From positions 2,938,514-3,002,513 of the forward strand of contig CP064997.1 of NCBI GenBank assembly GCA_016700055.1: DNA of 64,000 nt, read 5' to 3'. Shown here one piece after another: positions 63,169-64,000 of this stretch (position 1 is the stretch's first letter; each line of letters starts with the position of its first letter). Both the position numbers and the translations under genes were made by a program. Under the pieces are notes generated by a model, which saw nothing but the letters and a program-made list of their open reading frames with translations, was not told the DNA's origin and ran no database searches. Origin of the DNA: Actinomycetota bacterium (GTDB taxonomy: Bacteria; Actinomycetota; Acidimicrobiia; Acidimicrobiales; Ilumatobacteraceae).

Positions 63169-64000
63169 CTCGCCTGCCTCGGCAGCGCGGGCCGGGCGCT
63201 GATCCCCGGCCCACCTCCCCAGCGCAAGATGGCGCTCGCCGCAGTCATCCCGGCGCCGAAGCCAACGAGCAGCACGAGGTCGCCGTCACTGACCCGCCCG
63301 GTGTCGAGGGCGTCGGCGAGCGCGAGGGGGATCGACGCCGACGACGTGTTGCCGGTGCGGTGGAGCACGATCGAGGTGCGCTCCATCGGGATGCCCAACC
63401 GCTCACAGGCTGCCTTGATGATCCTGACGTTCGCCTGGTGGGGCACGACGAGCGCGATGTCGTCGGCCGCCACCCCGGCGTCCGCCATCGCCCGCTCGGC
63501 GCTGTCGACCATGATCCGCACCGCGCGGCGAAAGACCTCCTTGCCGTCCATCTGCAAGAAGTCGCCGAGCTCGCAGTACAAGAAGCGCTCCGCGGAGCCG
63601 TCCGCGTCGAGGTGCCACGAGACGAGCGCCCCGGGGCCGTCGACGGCTTCGAGCACGACTGCGCCGGAGCCGTCGCCGAACAGCACGGCGGTGTTGCGGT
63701 CGTCCCAGTCGGTGATGCGGGCGAGCGTGTCGGTGCCGATGACGAGGACCTTCTCGGCACCCATCGCGATGAGGCCCTCCGCCGTGACGAAGGCGTACAC
63801 GAAGCCCGAGCAGGCGGCGTTCAGGTCGAACGCGCCGCAGCGCATTCCGAGCTCGTGCTGGACGGTGGCCGACGTGGCCGGCACGGCGCGATCGGGGGTG
63901 GTCGTGGCCAGGACGAGCGCGTCGAAGTCGAGCGGGTCGAGCCCGGCCATCTCGATCGCCTGACGCCCCGACTCGACGGAGAGGCCCGCGGTCGTGCCGC
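63165..64000 (-). CDS. fabH: beta-ketoacyl-ACP synthase III, N-terminus outside the window
   Basis: NAACSGF active-site Cys, VPHQANVRI, GNTSSASIP; frame stays open past M at 63950 to the window edge (..GLSVESGRQAIEMAGL..). Confidence 0.9.
   Translation of the reverse strand, partial: GTTAGLSVESGRQAIEMAGLDPLDFDALVLATTTPDRAVPATSATVQHELGMRCGAFDLNAACSGFVYAFVTAEGLIAMGAEKVLVIGTDTLARITDWDDRNTAVLFGDGSGAVVLEAVDGPGALVSWHLDADGSAERFLYCELGDFLQMDGKEVFRRAVRIMVDSAERAMADAGVAADDIALVVPHQANVRIIKAACERLGIPMERTSIVLHRTGNTSSASIPLALADALDTGRVSDGDLVLLVGFGAGMTAASAILRWGGGPGISARPALPRQAR

Overview
This is a 64-kb, very GC-rich (about 70% by eye, not computed), gene-dense chromosomal segment. The gene repertoire looks like Actinomycetota: LLM/F420-type oxidoreductases, a menaquinone pathway, an MtrA/MtrB/LpqB-like module, many GTG starts and many 4-nt start/stop overlaps. 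I support 68 CDS (two cut by the window edges), one tRNA-Cys(GCA), and several repeats and hairpins.

Gene order:
- LigD-polymerase-like (partial), ArsM-like methyltransferase, LLM oxidoreductase.
- An eight-gene minus-strand operon: zinc ribbon, GT4 glycosyltransferase, nucleotidyltransferase, BON-like, metallophosphoesterase, small membrane protein, CBS pair, amylo-alpha-1,6-glucosidase-like.
- hypFCDE with no hydrogenase genes in the window.
- Lipoprotein alpha/beta hydrolase, then tRNA-Cys.
- A DUF4956 / VTC / secreted beta-helix cluster.
- A bleomycin-binding-like VOC gene.
- Amidohydrolase, cupin, EthD, acyl-CoA dehydrogenase, GGDEF-EAL.
- phoH-ybeY-corC.
- A 14-kb block with an MFS transporter, menE/A/H/D/F/G and acyl-CoA metabolism genes, then era.
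- A two-component module.
- dinG and uppS on one strand, diverging from a degenerate UppS-like gene followed by recO, glyQS and trpCFBA.
- A small accessory patch (LuxR, vapBC).
- bcp-fabZ, an alkyl sulfatase, and fabH-fabG-acpP-fabF.

Strongest non-standard signals:
1. A 49-bp hairpin element (14-bp perfect stem, 21-nt loop) is present in four near-identical, same-orientation copies between 16.0 and 27.6 kb. Two copies bracket the VOC gene in a cassette-like way, two bracket the VTC cluster, and a possible decayed relic sits near 0.9 kb.
2. A divergent pair of cis-prenyltransferase paralogs has complementary losses. The catalytic UppS lacks the C-terminal RxG tail. The degenerate paralog keeps RRFGG but has lost the catalytic N-terminal motifs.

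All calls rest on reading the ORF translations and the DNA by eye. No database search was run.
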